Sequence record: NC_010811.2
DNA length: 64,000 nucleotides
Strand: one strand, 5' to 3'
The notes under the pieces were generated by a model. It ran no database searches and was not told the DNA's origin. It saw nothing but the letters and a program-made list of their open reading frames with translations. A program made the translations under genes and the position numbers. Shown piece after piece: positions 46,803-55,308 of the stretch; the stretch's first letter is position 1; every line of letters starts with the position of its first letter.

Positions 46803-47498
46803 TCAGTAGGTGAGTGTGAAGATGGAACGACCGTCGGCATCGGTAGTGAACGCCGAGTAGCCACGGACCAAAACGTTAAACTTGGTCACGTTATGCTCGA
46901 TGGTGGTGCCCGGCGTCATGTGCCCGCGCAGATCGAAGTGATCGACCAGCACTTCGTTCATGGTGCCAGCTTCGATGATACGCCACATATTGGTCAGGCC
47001 ATCGCTGTGCGTGTTGTAGCGGATGTAGTACGACTGATGGCCAGCCGTCACCTGATTGACGATGTCCTGCGCCACACGCTCGAAGTCTTCGGGCGTTTGC
47101 AGATATTCGTCCACCGAGTACTGGAAGGCACCAACACCCGGCTTCTGGTAGAGCTTGTTGGTGTCCGCGAATCGGCCTTCCTGGATGGTGTTCATCCACA
47201 CACTGAACACGTCGCTCACTTCCTTGAACTGGGTGAAGAATGCGCCGCGTGTTGTGCGCGTCGGACACACGAAGTCCACGATCACCCACGAGCCCTGCTC
47301 CATGACACAGCGTGCCAGTCGGCCCAGCGTCTTGGCCTGGATCACACGATCCTTCTCTTCGAACGACAAATGCGTCGTGATGTTGGCGCGCGCCCAGTCC
47401 GCGTTGAAGTGAATGGCGCTCAGACGCTTCTGAATGGCGAGGGCCAGCGTGGTCTTGCCACTGCCGGGCAAGCCTTGAATCATGATGGTCTTGGACAT
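46803..47498 (-). CDS. Adenylylsulfate (APS) kinase-like P-loop kinase with extra C-terminal domain
   Basis: IQGLPGSGKTTLA, FNADWAR, DR..Q, VDFVCP, RFADTNKLYQKP resemble CysC-like kinases; true substrate not established. Confidence 0.6.
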   Translation of the reverse strand: MSKTIMIQGLPGSGKTTLALAIQKRLSAIHFNADWARANITTHLSFEEKDRVIQAKTLGRLARCVMEQGSWVIVDFVCPTRTTRGAFFTQFKEVSDVFSVWMNTIQEGRFADTNKLYQKPGVGAFQYSVDEYLQTPEDFERVAQDIVNQVTAGHQSYYIRYNTHSDGLTNMWRIIEAGTMNEVLVDHFDLRGHMTPGTTIEHNVTKFNVLVRGYSAFTTDADGRSIFTLTY

Positions 47499-47529
47499 GT
47501 CTGTTCCTTGTGCTTTATGATAGTCAGAC

Positions 47530-47537
47530 TATTTACT
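47530..47537 (-). promoter_or_regulatory. AGTAAATA motif upstream of the modification operon
   Basis: 31 nt upstream of the kinase ATG; 15-mer identical to the copy at 35343. Confidence 0.55.
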
Positions 47538-47655
47538 GCGGAGTTATGAAGGCGAGGACAGCGAGTGCGATAAAAATGAAGACGCACGTCCAGCGTGGAA
47601 ACACACGCGCCGCGAAGATGGAAGCACTCAGGCTGTAGTAGTCGTGACGATTCAT
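47533..47655 (-). CDS. 40-aa membrane peptide (not in the ORF track)
   Basis: MNRHDYYSLSASIFAARVFPRWTCVFIFIALAVLAFITPQ*; ATGA overlap with the upstream gene. Confidence 0.45.
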   Translation of the reverse strand: MNRHDYYSLSASIFAARVFPRWTCVFIFIALAVLAFITPQ

Positions 47656-48383
47656 GATTTGATTTGGATTTCGAGATGGTCGAAGGTCAGGGTGTCCGGC
47701 AGATACAGGAGGCGTTGAATGTTGAGCGCATGGGCAGCCACACCACCCTCCAATTGAACGCCCAGGCGACCGCGGACTGGACGATCAAAGGTCAACGTAA
47801 CAGGAGCAGCATACGTGGGTGCGGTGATCTCAAATTGATGGCCGTACGGCACTGTCTCACCCTCGTGCTTCAACGGCTTGCTGCGCGGTATCCACAAAAG
47901 GCGCTCGTTTACCATCGTGTACAGTGCTGCGCTGAAGTGGGCGGCCACCGCGTCGGATTGACGCTCTGGTTTCACGGTCTGCGACACCTGCTCAGCAATC
48001 TGGTCCAAGATCTTCAGCATCAACATCAGAGTCACGGCGTCAATCAGACGCACACTTTGGCCGTTGTACAACGTCACCTGATCGTCGAAGATGACGACAC
48101 CGATACCAGCGAGCATCCCCACATAGTTGTAGCCATCTTGGAACAGCTGATCACGAACCGACTCCGATTCAGCAGGGCGCCACTTCAGCTGCGACATGAA
48201 CTGAGGGAACTTCATGCCTGCCACTCGATTGCCACTCATGATGTTGTGCAGCGCGCTGTACCATTCACTGTGGAATGGGACTTCCTCAGAGTTGAAGTAG
48301 TACACGAGCCCCGGCAGCAGGTCAGTGCGCGGGCTACGCTTGTTGGTGAGGACGAATGCGTTGGGTATCACTTGCTCTAGCAT
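47652..48383 (-). CDS. Hypothetical protein
   Basis: 243 aa from ATG 48383 with SD GGAAGAG. Confidence 0.6.
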   Translation of the reverse strand: MLEQVIPNAFVLTNKRSPRTDLLPGLVYYFNSEEVPFHSEWYSALHNIMSGNRVAGMKFPQFMSQLKWRPAESESVRDQLFQDGYNYVGMLAGIGVVIFDDQVTLYNGQSVRLIDAVTLMLMLKILDQIAEQVSQTVKPERQSDAVAAHFSAALYTMVNERLLWIPRSKPLKHEGETVPYGHQFEITAPTYAAPVTLTFDRPVRGRLGVQLEGGVAAHALNIQRLLYLPDTLTFDHLEIQIKS

Positions 48384-48385
48384 GT

Positions 48386-48790
48386 CTATCTCTTCCTTCC
48401 GCTCATTTTGTGCCGTGCGCGCTGTTGCTGCTCGAAGCGCTTCCGGTCCTGCTGCTGTTGCCACTTGGTGTGGCGTCGTTCGTCCTCGTCCGACATGTCA
48501 GAAGCAGGGGGCTGACAGGGTTCAGCGTGGTCGATGAATCCAAAGCCACCGCCTGCAGTCAGCGTTGGGTCAATACGGAATATGTTGGAATGCTCCTCAG
48601 ACACTGGAGTGCTGGTGGTCAACACCACTTCCCCAGTACGCGCAAAGATGCGACGGGCCTCGTCATCACTGATGTCAGGAATCATAACCAACTCCGTCTG
48701 ATTGTCTTGCAGCGCTTCCTTGATCTGCTCGGTGATGTGCGCTGACAGGTCACCAAGCACTAGCACACGGCGGGGACGGTCTTCGCTCAT
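48386..48790 (-). CDS. Hypothetical protein
   Basis: 134 aa, closely packed. Confidence 0.55.
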   Translation of the reverse strand: MSEDRPRRVLVLGDLSAHITEQIKEALQDNQTELVMIPDISDDEARRIFARTGEVVLTTSTPVSEEHSNIFRIDPTLTAGGGFGFIDHAEPCQPPASDMSDEDERRHTKWQQQQDRKRFEQQQRARHKMSGRKR

Positions 48791-48792
48791 AA

Positions 48793-49209
48793 TCAGCCTC
48801 TTCCGGAGATGCTCAACAGTGCACCATTGCCGTTCAGTAGGTCTTGAACTTCGGCGATTTGTGCTTGAGTAAAGGTGTCCGGGACATAGGCCGTAACTTC
48901 AATCTCGGTGTTGCCCCACTGGATCACGTTGTTCTTGTCCACGCCCACTGTCACTCGACCGGGTCTCCAGTCAGTCTTTAGCGCGCCCTCGGTCACTCGA
49001 ATGTACGTAGGCTTGAGGGTAGACACTACGGCCAGCGCCGTTTCATCCCACTTGCGACCGAGCAGCGACTTGGGGAAGGGAACGCACATGCGGACTTCCT
49101 TTAACGGAGCAGTCTTGTACGCATGTGACAGGGCGATGATGTCGCTGGTCAACGGATCTTCCGCTATCGGCTCAAACCACACGCCTGAAGTGCTTCGATA
49201 GTCACGCAT
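48793..49209 (-). CDS. Hypothetical protein with potato-inhibitor/I78-like motif
   Basis: RVTEGALKTDWRPGRVTVGVDKNNVI resembles T-D-x-RxxRxxV-x-xD..I. Confidence 0.5.
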   Translation of the reverse strand: MRDYRSTSGVWFEPIAEDPLTSDIIALSHAYKTAPLKEVRMCVPFPKSLLGRKWDETALAVVSTLKPTYIRVTEGALKTDWRPGRVTVGVDKNNVIQWGNTEIEVTAYVPDTFTQAQIAEVQDLLNGNGALLSISGRG

Positions 49210-49210
49210 G

Positions 49211-49603
49211 TTATGCTCCTGAATGCTCCGTGTAGTAGTCGATGGTTGTCAGCCACACGTTATCACCCTTGTTTTCAGTCGGAAGCAGATTGTAAAGGGT
49301 GTAAGAACGACCTTCAAAGTCAAGCGTCACCTCCGGCCAACGCATTCGACGGCGATCGTGCAAGTACCAATCGAACTCTACGGCGAGCTCCGTTTCGTAG
49401 TCGATAAGCACCTGAGGGATTTGGACGCGACCAGCGAACGCCATGCCGTACACCTCAGGTCTCTCTTCTTCACGGACACGGAACAAAGGACCAATGCCGA
49501 GCAGGCCAAGCGGATTGAAGCGAACGGCTACCGACTTCTCTGCCGGGCGATGCCCAACCCTCTCTAGGGGCTGCTTGACGCTAGGTGCACTAAGGAGTTT
49601 CAT
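49211..49603 (-). CDS. Hypothetical protein
   Basis: 130 aa, ATGA overlap with the upstream ORF. Confidence 0.55.
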   Translation of the reverse strand: MKLLSAPSVKQPLERVGHRPAEKSVAVRFNPLGLLGIGPLFRVREEERPEVYGMAFAGRVQIPQVLIDYETELAVEFDWYLHDRRRMRWPEVTLDFEGRSYTLYNLLPTENKGDNVWLTTIDYYTEHSGA

Positions 49604-49992
49604 CGCTTGTTCCTCGCAGGCTTAACTCGCTTCTTGCGACGGTGAACGGCCTTGGTCACACCGCGCTTGGATGGCGGCACAGGCTGTGCATACCAAGGAA
49701 GGGGCGGAGGCGGAGGGCGGTACAGATCATTTATGTGGACGACCCCTTCCATGCGCCCAATCTCCCCTGACATCAATGGAGCTTCTGGGTCCAGGGCCGC
49801 GTCTTCTGGATCTGGAGGCAGTGGTTCTGCGTCCGTCAGTTCAACCACGGGGTCCGGCGAAAGCAGACCGCTAAACGTTGTGACCTGCGGGTCAGCTGCT
49901 CCTTGCTCAAAGAGCCCCGCGTCGTCAATTGCACTCCATGACCTAAGACCACCACGTATCGGCTTCATCGCTTGGTCTCCGATACGCGGCAC
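49600..49992 (-). CDS. Hypothetical Pro-rich protein with basic C-terminus
   Basis: Fills the gap; start uncertain. Confidence 0.45.
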   Translation of the reverse strand: MPRIGDQAMKPIRGGLRSWSAIDDAGLFEQGAADPQVTTFSGLLSPDPVVELTDAEPLPPDPEDAALDPEAPLMSGEIGRMEGVVHINDLYRPPPPPLPWYAQPVPPSKRGVTKAVHRRKKRVKPARNKR

Positions 49993-50297
49993 GTGAGCAG
50001 CAACGTGTCAGGAACGACCACTGAATGCAGATGAACTTTGATCAGACACAGCGGCTTGAATCCTTCTTCTACACGATCGCCGATGCGTAGCGCCATAAAA
50101 TGAAGCTGCGTCATGAACTCGTGGCGATTGTCCACCGTGTAGTACAGCATGGTCGGTGCCGTGCTGTCTGCCTGCTCGGCACCTACGAAGGCGAAGTTGG
50201 AACCTGCCACGCGCATGAAGGGTGCACGATTCAGGCGGTCGACGAGCAGCGGAAAGGATTGGAACGACGTATAGTTCACGTTCATGTACTGGATCAT
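49965..50297 (-). CDS. Hypothetical protein
   Basis: 110 aa from ATG 50297 (ATGA overlap). Confidence 0.55.
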   Translation of the reverse strand: MIQYMNVNYTSFQSFPLLVDRLNRAPFMRVAGSNFAFVGAEQADSTAPTMLYYTVDNRHEFMTQLHFMALRIGDRVEEGFKPLCLIKVHLHSVVVPDTLLLTCRVSETKR

Positions 50298-50683
50298 CTT
50301 TGGTCCTCCGTCCAGATACGTCCGCAATGCGGGCAGCAGCACTGCACCCAGTAACGGTCCAGCGACCGATCATAATTGCCTGTGTCCGCCATGTACGTGC
50401 GCTGATGATTGGTGTGCGGACAGTTGTTGCGCAGCACTTCGAGTTGACGATTGGCGTCGCTGATCACGTTCTGCAAGTAACGATGCCGCGCCGCCACGTA
50501 GTCCAGCGACAGTGCTGGGTCCGGTTTCTTGATCGTGTGCCGTTCCCACTTCACGCCGTCGGGCAGCGACACTCGACGGTGCAAGCGCGGGCAGATGTCG
50601 CCAGCCTTCTGCTCCGCCATCATACAACGCATCGCCAATTCCGACATGGCCGGCGACAAGCAGTCGTCAGTACTAGAAGTCAT
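50294..50683 (-). CDS. Hypothetical Zn-finger protein
   Basis: CPH..CCCPHCG motif; start uncertain. Confidence 0.5.
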   Translation of the reverse strand: MTSSTDDCLSPAMSELAMRCMMAEQKAGDICPRLHRRVSLPDGVKWERHTIKKPDPALSLDYVAARHRYLQNVISDANRQLEVLRNNCPHTNHQRTYMADTGNYDRSLDRYWVQCCCPHCGRIWTEDQR

Positions 50684-50844
50684 GATTAAGAACTCCAACG
50701 TTAAGGCCGCCAAGTGGCGCACCCAGTGGAATGACGTAGACTGCGACCAGCCCTTCGCCGTCAGGTATGCCAGCGACTGGCGGCGTACCGTATTGGACCC
50801 AGGACCCATGCTGGTCGCCGCACAGCCATGCGAGCGCCGTTCGA

Positions 50845-51873
50845 TCAGCCTGGAGCGTGTTGTTTGCGTGCATAGGACAAGCTCCGTTCGAGCAACGCTT
50901 CCACTGCCTTGGGCAGCTTCTTGCCGGTGAGCTTGAAGGCCATAGATTCGGCGATCAGCTCCTTGTAGTTCTTGCAGGCGTACTCGCTGACCAGTGGCTC
51001 CAGATCCTTCTTCTGAACGCCACGCGCAGGCCACACGCCCTTCAGCTCGTCACGGTACCCAGCCTCGAACAGCAGGTCCAGTTCCTTGACCGAGACGTTG
51101 TGCTGTTGGCCGATATACTTGAGGATCAAGCGATACAGCTCGGTGTCCTCTTCCGACAGGTTGGCGGTGTACGCCGACGGAGGATCTTCCTGCGCCAGCA
51201 GGCCGTCCAGCAGCCGTTGACTGTCTTCCTTCTTCACCGACTTCACGCTGATCGTGGTGTTGAACAGCTTCACCCATTCGGCGTTCAGCTTGCGACTGGT
51301 GAGGAATTCGTAATGCAGGTGATGGCCAGCCAGCTCGTGGAAGATCACGTAGAGCCAGTCGGTCTGCGGCATGGTCTCCGGCTTGATCTGCAGTCGGTGT
51401 GGGCTGCGGTCCGGCGTCTTGCTGCGTTTGTACATCCCGCTATACTTCTCGCCGTTGGCGGGCAACACTTCCCACACGCAGATATCTGGCTGGATGATGA
51501 AGTCCAAGCGATTGGCCTTCAGCACTTTGTAGGCGCGGTCGAATGCACTGACCATGGCCTTGCCGTTTTCCGGCGTGATGTCGTAGAAGAAGTGGATGGC
51601 GCCAAACTGGTCGTGCCACTTCTTGCCGCGATACAGCGAATGCAGGTCCCACCCATGCACCTTACCAGGATGTGGATTGGGGCCAGCGTTGAGAATCACC
51701 TTCTTGACCGGGCATTCGAAGACCGAACGCTTCTGCTTCAGGTGTGGGTCCTTCTCGATGATGCCGGAAACGATGCCGTTACTGATGGACGACACCTTGA
51801 ACAGCACAGGTTTCTTGGCTTTGGAGTCGGCTTCTTGTCCGAAGACATAGTCGCCCTTCTGGATTTGGATCAT
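50845..51873 (-). CDS. Putative zinc metalloprotease-like protein
   Basis: IFHELAGHHLH plus downstream YACKNYKELIAE, similar to zincin HExxH..YA..N..E..AE layouts. Confidence 0.5.
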   Translation of the reverse strand: MIQIQKGDYVFGQEADSKAKKPVLFKVSSISNGIVSGIIEKDPHLKQKRSVFECPVKKVILNAGPNPHPGKVHGWDLHSLYRGKKWHDQFGAIHFFYDITPENGKAMVSAFDRAYKVLKANRLDFIIQPDICVWEVLPANGEKYSGMYKRSKTPDRSPHRLQIKPETMPQTDWLYVIFHELAGHHLHYEFLTSRKLNAEWVKLFNTTISVKSVKKEDSQRLLDGLLAQEDPPSAYTANLSEEDTELYRLILKYIGQQHNVSVKELDLLFEAGYRDELKGVWPARGVQKKDLEPLVSEYACKNYKELIAESMAFKLTGKKLPKAVEALLERSLSYARKQHAPG

Positions 51874-51936
51874 AAGCGGAAGACGTTGGTTGAATGCAAA
51901 AAGAGCCGACCATGTGGTCGGCTCCTTGAACTGCTA

Positions 51937-53034
51937 TCAGGACTGCGCCACGGGCGGCGGCACTTCGGTCTGCGGCTGGTCAACCTGCAGGTTGGTGTCT
52001 GCGGACGTTTGCGCGGTATCCAGCGTCAGCTCAATCACGTCGACCTTCACTTCCTGCGGCTGCGGCGTAACCAGATCGTCAGTCACCACTTCAGTGGCCT
52101 TGGCATCGTCGATCACCTGTTCCAGCTCCAGCGGAGTGAGCAGGGACGCGGTGGTTGCGCCGTCGCTTTCACCGCCGTGATGCGTGTGCTCTTCGATCTC
52201 GTCGGCGTCGGCACCCAGATCATTGGTGCCGACCAGCACGCTCGCGTACACGGCGCCATGCACAACTTCCGGGTACACGCCCATGAACTCGGTCCAGATC
52301 ACGGTGTCGCTGTAGTACGGAGTGCTGATGGTGAACGCGTCCACCGTCGAAGAGTCTTCGCTCGGAATGAACGCCGACTGCAGCGCGTTGAGCGAAATGC
52401 CGTTGCCCAGCGAGAACAGCAAGCGATGCTGGGTCAGCGTCAGGTTCTTGTTCGGCTCCTGGCTGTACATCACGAGCGCGTTCTTCAGCTGCTCTGCAGT
52501 AAGGCGCGTGTTTTCGCCGGCCGACATGATGAAGTCGATGCCCAGTTCGCCGGGCTTGTTCTCGTCCGATGCGTCAGCTTCCAGCAGTTGCTCTTCCAAC
52601 TGCTCGGCCAGCGTCTTGGTGCGACGGCCGATGATCTCGTTGGATTCGACCAGCGCACGCTTGGTCGTGGCGTTGGGTTCGGCTTCCGGCTTGGTCAGCG
52701 CCAGCGGTGCGCTGTCGTCGCTGGACGTGGCCACCACTTCTTCGTCTTCGTCATCTTCATCGTCGTCCGAGAACTGGAGCAGATTGTCCAGGCGCTGTTC
52801 GAGCTCGGGGTCGATGTTGTGGAAGGCGTAGCGGCTGAAGAAGTCGACGAGGCCCGAGTTGTAAACGGCGCCCGTGTCGTCAGCGTAGATGACCTGCGGC
52901 GGATGTTGCTTCTGCACACGTTCCGGCAGAGCAGTGTTGGTGATGTGCAGCACTTTCGACAGACGGCCGTTGGCGTTCTTCTTCCAAACGCTGCCCGGAG
53001 TCAGCAGGTCAAGTTGGTCTTGGAATTGTTCCAT
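51937..53034 (-). CDS. Acidic hypothetical protein
   Basis: 365 aa with phage-like codon usage, SD GGTT/GAAAGG, AGTAAATA motif about 50 nt upstream. Confidence 0.65.
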   Translation of the reverse strand: MEQFQDQLDLLTPGSVWKKNANGRLSKVLHITNTALPERVQKQHPPQVIYADDTGAVYNSGLVDFFSRYAFHNIDPELEQRLDNLLQFSDDDEDDEDEEVVATSSDDSAPLALTKPEAEPNATTKRALVESNEIIGRRTKTLAEQLEEQLLEADASDENKPGELGIDFIMSAGENTRLTAEQLKNALVMYSQEPNKNLTLTQHRLLFSLGNGISLNALQSAFIPSEDSSTVDAFTISTPYYSDTVIWTEFMGVYPEVVHGAVYASVLVGTNDLGADADEIEEHTHHGGESDGATTASLLTPLELEQVIDDAKATEVVTDDLVTPQPQEVKVDVIELTLDTAQTSADTNLQVDQPQTEVPPPVAQS

Positions 53035-53084
53035 TTGAGGTTGAACCTTTCGCGAATAGGTTGAGTGTCAGTTGGTGACCCGCT

Positions 53085-53516
53085 TTATTTACTGGCGGGA
53101 ACCGGGTCCAGGTTAAATGCCTGCCGCACAATACGCGCCAGTCGCCGGTGAGTAGCGGCGCACGTGTCATGCGTTGTGGCCCACGCACCAAGCAATTCCA
53201 ACACCTGTTCCTTGTTGTAGGTGCGGAGTTCGGGACGCGGCAGCGGCTTGCAGTCTTCGAGCAGTCGCTCGTCGATATCCACGCTCGTCTTAACTTGGAC
53301 CGTGGGCGTGGGCGGAGTGGGCACAACCGGCGCCGGAGCACAACCAGCCAGCAGCACGATGAGCAAACTCACCAGCAGTGCAGTGAGTACGAACTTGAGA
53401 TTGCCACGTTTCATGTTGGCGGTCGGGTAAAAGAATTGATGAAGCTGATACACGCAGAACGCGATCAGTGCCAGTACGCCAGCGCCAAGCCTAATGAGGT
53501 CCCGGTCCATTTCCAT
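53085..53516 (-). CDS. Outer-membrane spanin lipoprotein (Rz1-like)
   Basis: Lipobox LLAGC followed by Pro-rich linker and C-terminal Cys; overlaps the end of the i-spanin; alternative start ATG 53414. Confidence 0.7.
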   Translation of the reverse strand: MEMDRDLIRLGAGVLALIAFCVYQLHQFFYPTANMKRGNLKFVLTALLVSLLIVLLAGCAPAPVVPTPPTPTVQVKTSVDIDERLLEDCKPLPRPELRTYNKEQVLELLGAWATTHDTCAATHRRLARIVRQAFNLDPVPASK

Positions 53517-53958
53517 TTGCTGTCCCCTGATTGAGTGGAGGTGCCTGCGGGCCAAACACAGGGCTGGCGTCCAGCAGTTGATTGATGGCGTCGGCCATCG
53601 ACGTATCGAATCCGCAGCTTGCAGCAGACTGCTTGTTCTGCGTGACGTACTTAGTGATCACCGTCTGTCGCTGCGCGGTGACGCGCTGCGTAAGATCCTG
53701 AATGGTGGCTGCATCCAGATGCGACTGCCGTTCCAGGTCGGCGATGCGCTTGTTGGTGGCTTGATGCTCGGCGTTCTGCTGATCGATCATCTGATTGATG
53801 GTCGTCTGCTGCGTGTTCCACGCTTCCTTGTGTCCAACGTCGTAGCCTTTGGCATAGCCGCGACTGTTGCCAACAGAGTAGGCACCGACCACAGCGGTCA
53901 CGAGGATGATGAGCATCGCGCCATACTTGGCCGCGTAACTAGCGAGAAATGGGGGCAT
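53491..53958 (-). CDS. Inner-membrane spanin (Rz-like)
   Basis: N-terminal TM helix, coiled coil and C-terminal Cys (SAASCGF); directly upstream of the lipoprotein. Confidence 0.7.
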   Translation of the reverse strand: MPPFLASYAAKYGAMLIILVTAVVGAYSVGNSRGYAKGYDVGHKEAWNTQQTTINQMIDQQNAEHQATNKRIADLERQSHLDAATIQDLTQRVTAQRQTVITKYVTQNKQSAASCGFDTSMADAINQLLDASPVFGPQAPPLNQGTANGNGPGPH

Positions 53959-54256
53959 TGACAGCTCCTCGTTGATGGCTGAATTCCGGCAGCGGGTCAC
54001 TGAATTGGTGACCATGCGCCACATAGTTTGCGCGGTAGTAGTTAAGGCACGCATCAGGGCCAAGCGCAGCGCACTCACGGAACTGAGTGCGGTGATCGCC
54101 GCGAAGGATGTAGAAGCGTTCCATGTTGCCGATTACCAGCGACGTCGTAACATCACCGTACACTTCGGTGTCGGTGTCGTTGTAGCTGATGTAGAAGCCG
54201 TCGCCCTCCAGGATTAGGTTGGGGGCGCCCGGTGCACAAACCCATTCGAAGTTCAT
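53939..54256 (-). CDS. Hypothetical protein
   Basis: 105 aa, SD GAGGAG. Confidence 0.6.
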   Translation of the reverse strand: MNFEWVCAPGAPNLILEGDGFYISYNDTDTEVYGDVTTSLVIGNMERFYILRGDHRTQFRECAALGPDACLNYYRANYVAHGHQFSDPLPEFSHQRGAVNAPISR

Positions 54257-54265
54257 AGAATCTCC

Positions 54266-55303
54266 TCAAAAGAACTTGCTCTTCAATCGATCGATGATGT
54301 GCTGCGGGCAGTTGCCTGGATCCCACAACGCGACGCCAGCAGCCTTCGCTGCCTTAGACGGCGAAGGCTGGTCTTTGAACTTGAGCCAAGGACTGCCCTT
54401 CATTTCCCAGAGGCGAAGAGCGCGATACTGCATAAGCTGGCTTCGCTCGAATGATTCGGTGATGCGATCGGTGGCAGCCAAACCCGCACAGTCGCCGTCC
54501 ATGAACGTGATGCATCGGTCGACGCCACGTGCCTCGAGAATCTTGATCTTATCCACACTCCAACTCTGCGTTCCGAAGATGCAGACTGCTGGAATACGGT
54601 TGGACAGCAGGCGCAGCGCATCACGTTGCCCTTCCACGAGCACGATGCTGGTAGAACCCAGCTCTTCCATAAGTTGGATGCTGTAGTTCAATGGCCATAG
54701 ACCGTGAGTCTTAGACCATGTGCTGGCCGCTGATTTAGCCAGAAGATAGCTGGGTTTGTCCTCTTCCTTCTTCAATCGTGCCAGGAAGTAACCTACCTGC
54801 TGATCACCAATCTGCACCGGGAAGTGGATGAACTTCTTACCATAGCAGTGATAGTCCTCCAGCCACTTGCGAGCCAGACGCCCTCCCAACTTGATGAGCA
54901 GGTCCGTGGAGATGCCGCGCCACTTCTTGCCAGCGGGCAGCGGGCTGAACTTGAACTCATCCCTCACGAACTTGTCGCTCGACATGAGTAGATTCATGCC
55001 CTTGTCTATCTGCAAGTCCTGGGCCATGCGTACGCTGGGGGCCTGTCGGGTGAATGGCTCCAATCCAAGTAGAGGCGCCACCTTATCCCACGTATGGCCT
55101 TTCTCGCATGCGAAGCAGTAGAAGGATCCAGGACTGTACTTGCCATCCCCAACCGTGACGAACGCGCTAGGCGTGTTCTCGCTGTGGAACGGACACAGAA
55201 TCATCATCCGGTGTCCGGTCTCCTTCTTCACTCCGCTGTAGCGCGCCATCTGCTGGCGCACAAACTGCAACTTCTCTTGTCTAGTTAGCGGATCCATACC
55301 CAA
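54266..55303 (-). CDS. dnaG: DNA primase (Zn finger + TOPRIM)
   Basis: CPFHSENTPS..CFAC; TOPRIM LVEGQRDAL and MDGDCAG. Confidence 0.9.
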   Translation of the reverse strand: MGMDPLTRQEKLQFVRQQMARYSGVKKETGHRMMILCPFHSENTPSAFVTVGDGKYSPGSFYCFACEKGHTWDKVAPLLGLEPFTRQAPSVRMAQDLQIDKGMNLLMSSDKFVRDEFKFSPLPAGKKWRGISTDLLIKLGGRLARKWLEDYHCYGKKFIHFPVQIGDQQVGYFLARLKKEEDKPSYLLAKSAASTWSKTHGLWPLNYSIQLMEELGSTSIVLVEGQRDALRLLSNRIPAVCIFGTQSWSVDKIKILEARGVDRCITFMDGDCAGLAATDRITESFERSQLMQYRALRLWEMKGSPWLKFKDQPSPSKAAKAAGVALWDPGNCPQHIIDRLKSKFF

Positions 55304-55308
55304 TCACA

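Noticed and set aside
50767-53064. 765-aa + strand ORF and many other antisense ORFs across the window
   Set aside because: Antisense to well-supported - strand genes; expected in high-GC3 DNA, and the translations have no domain motifs
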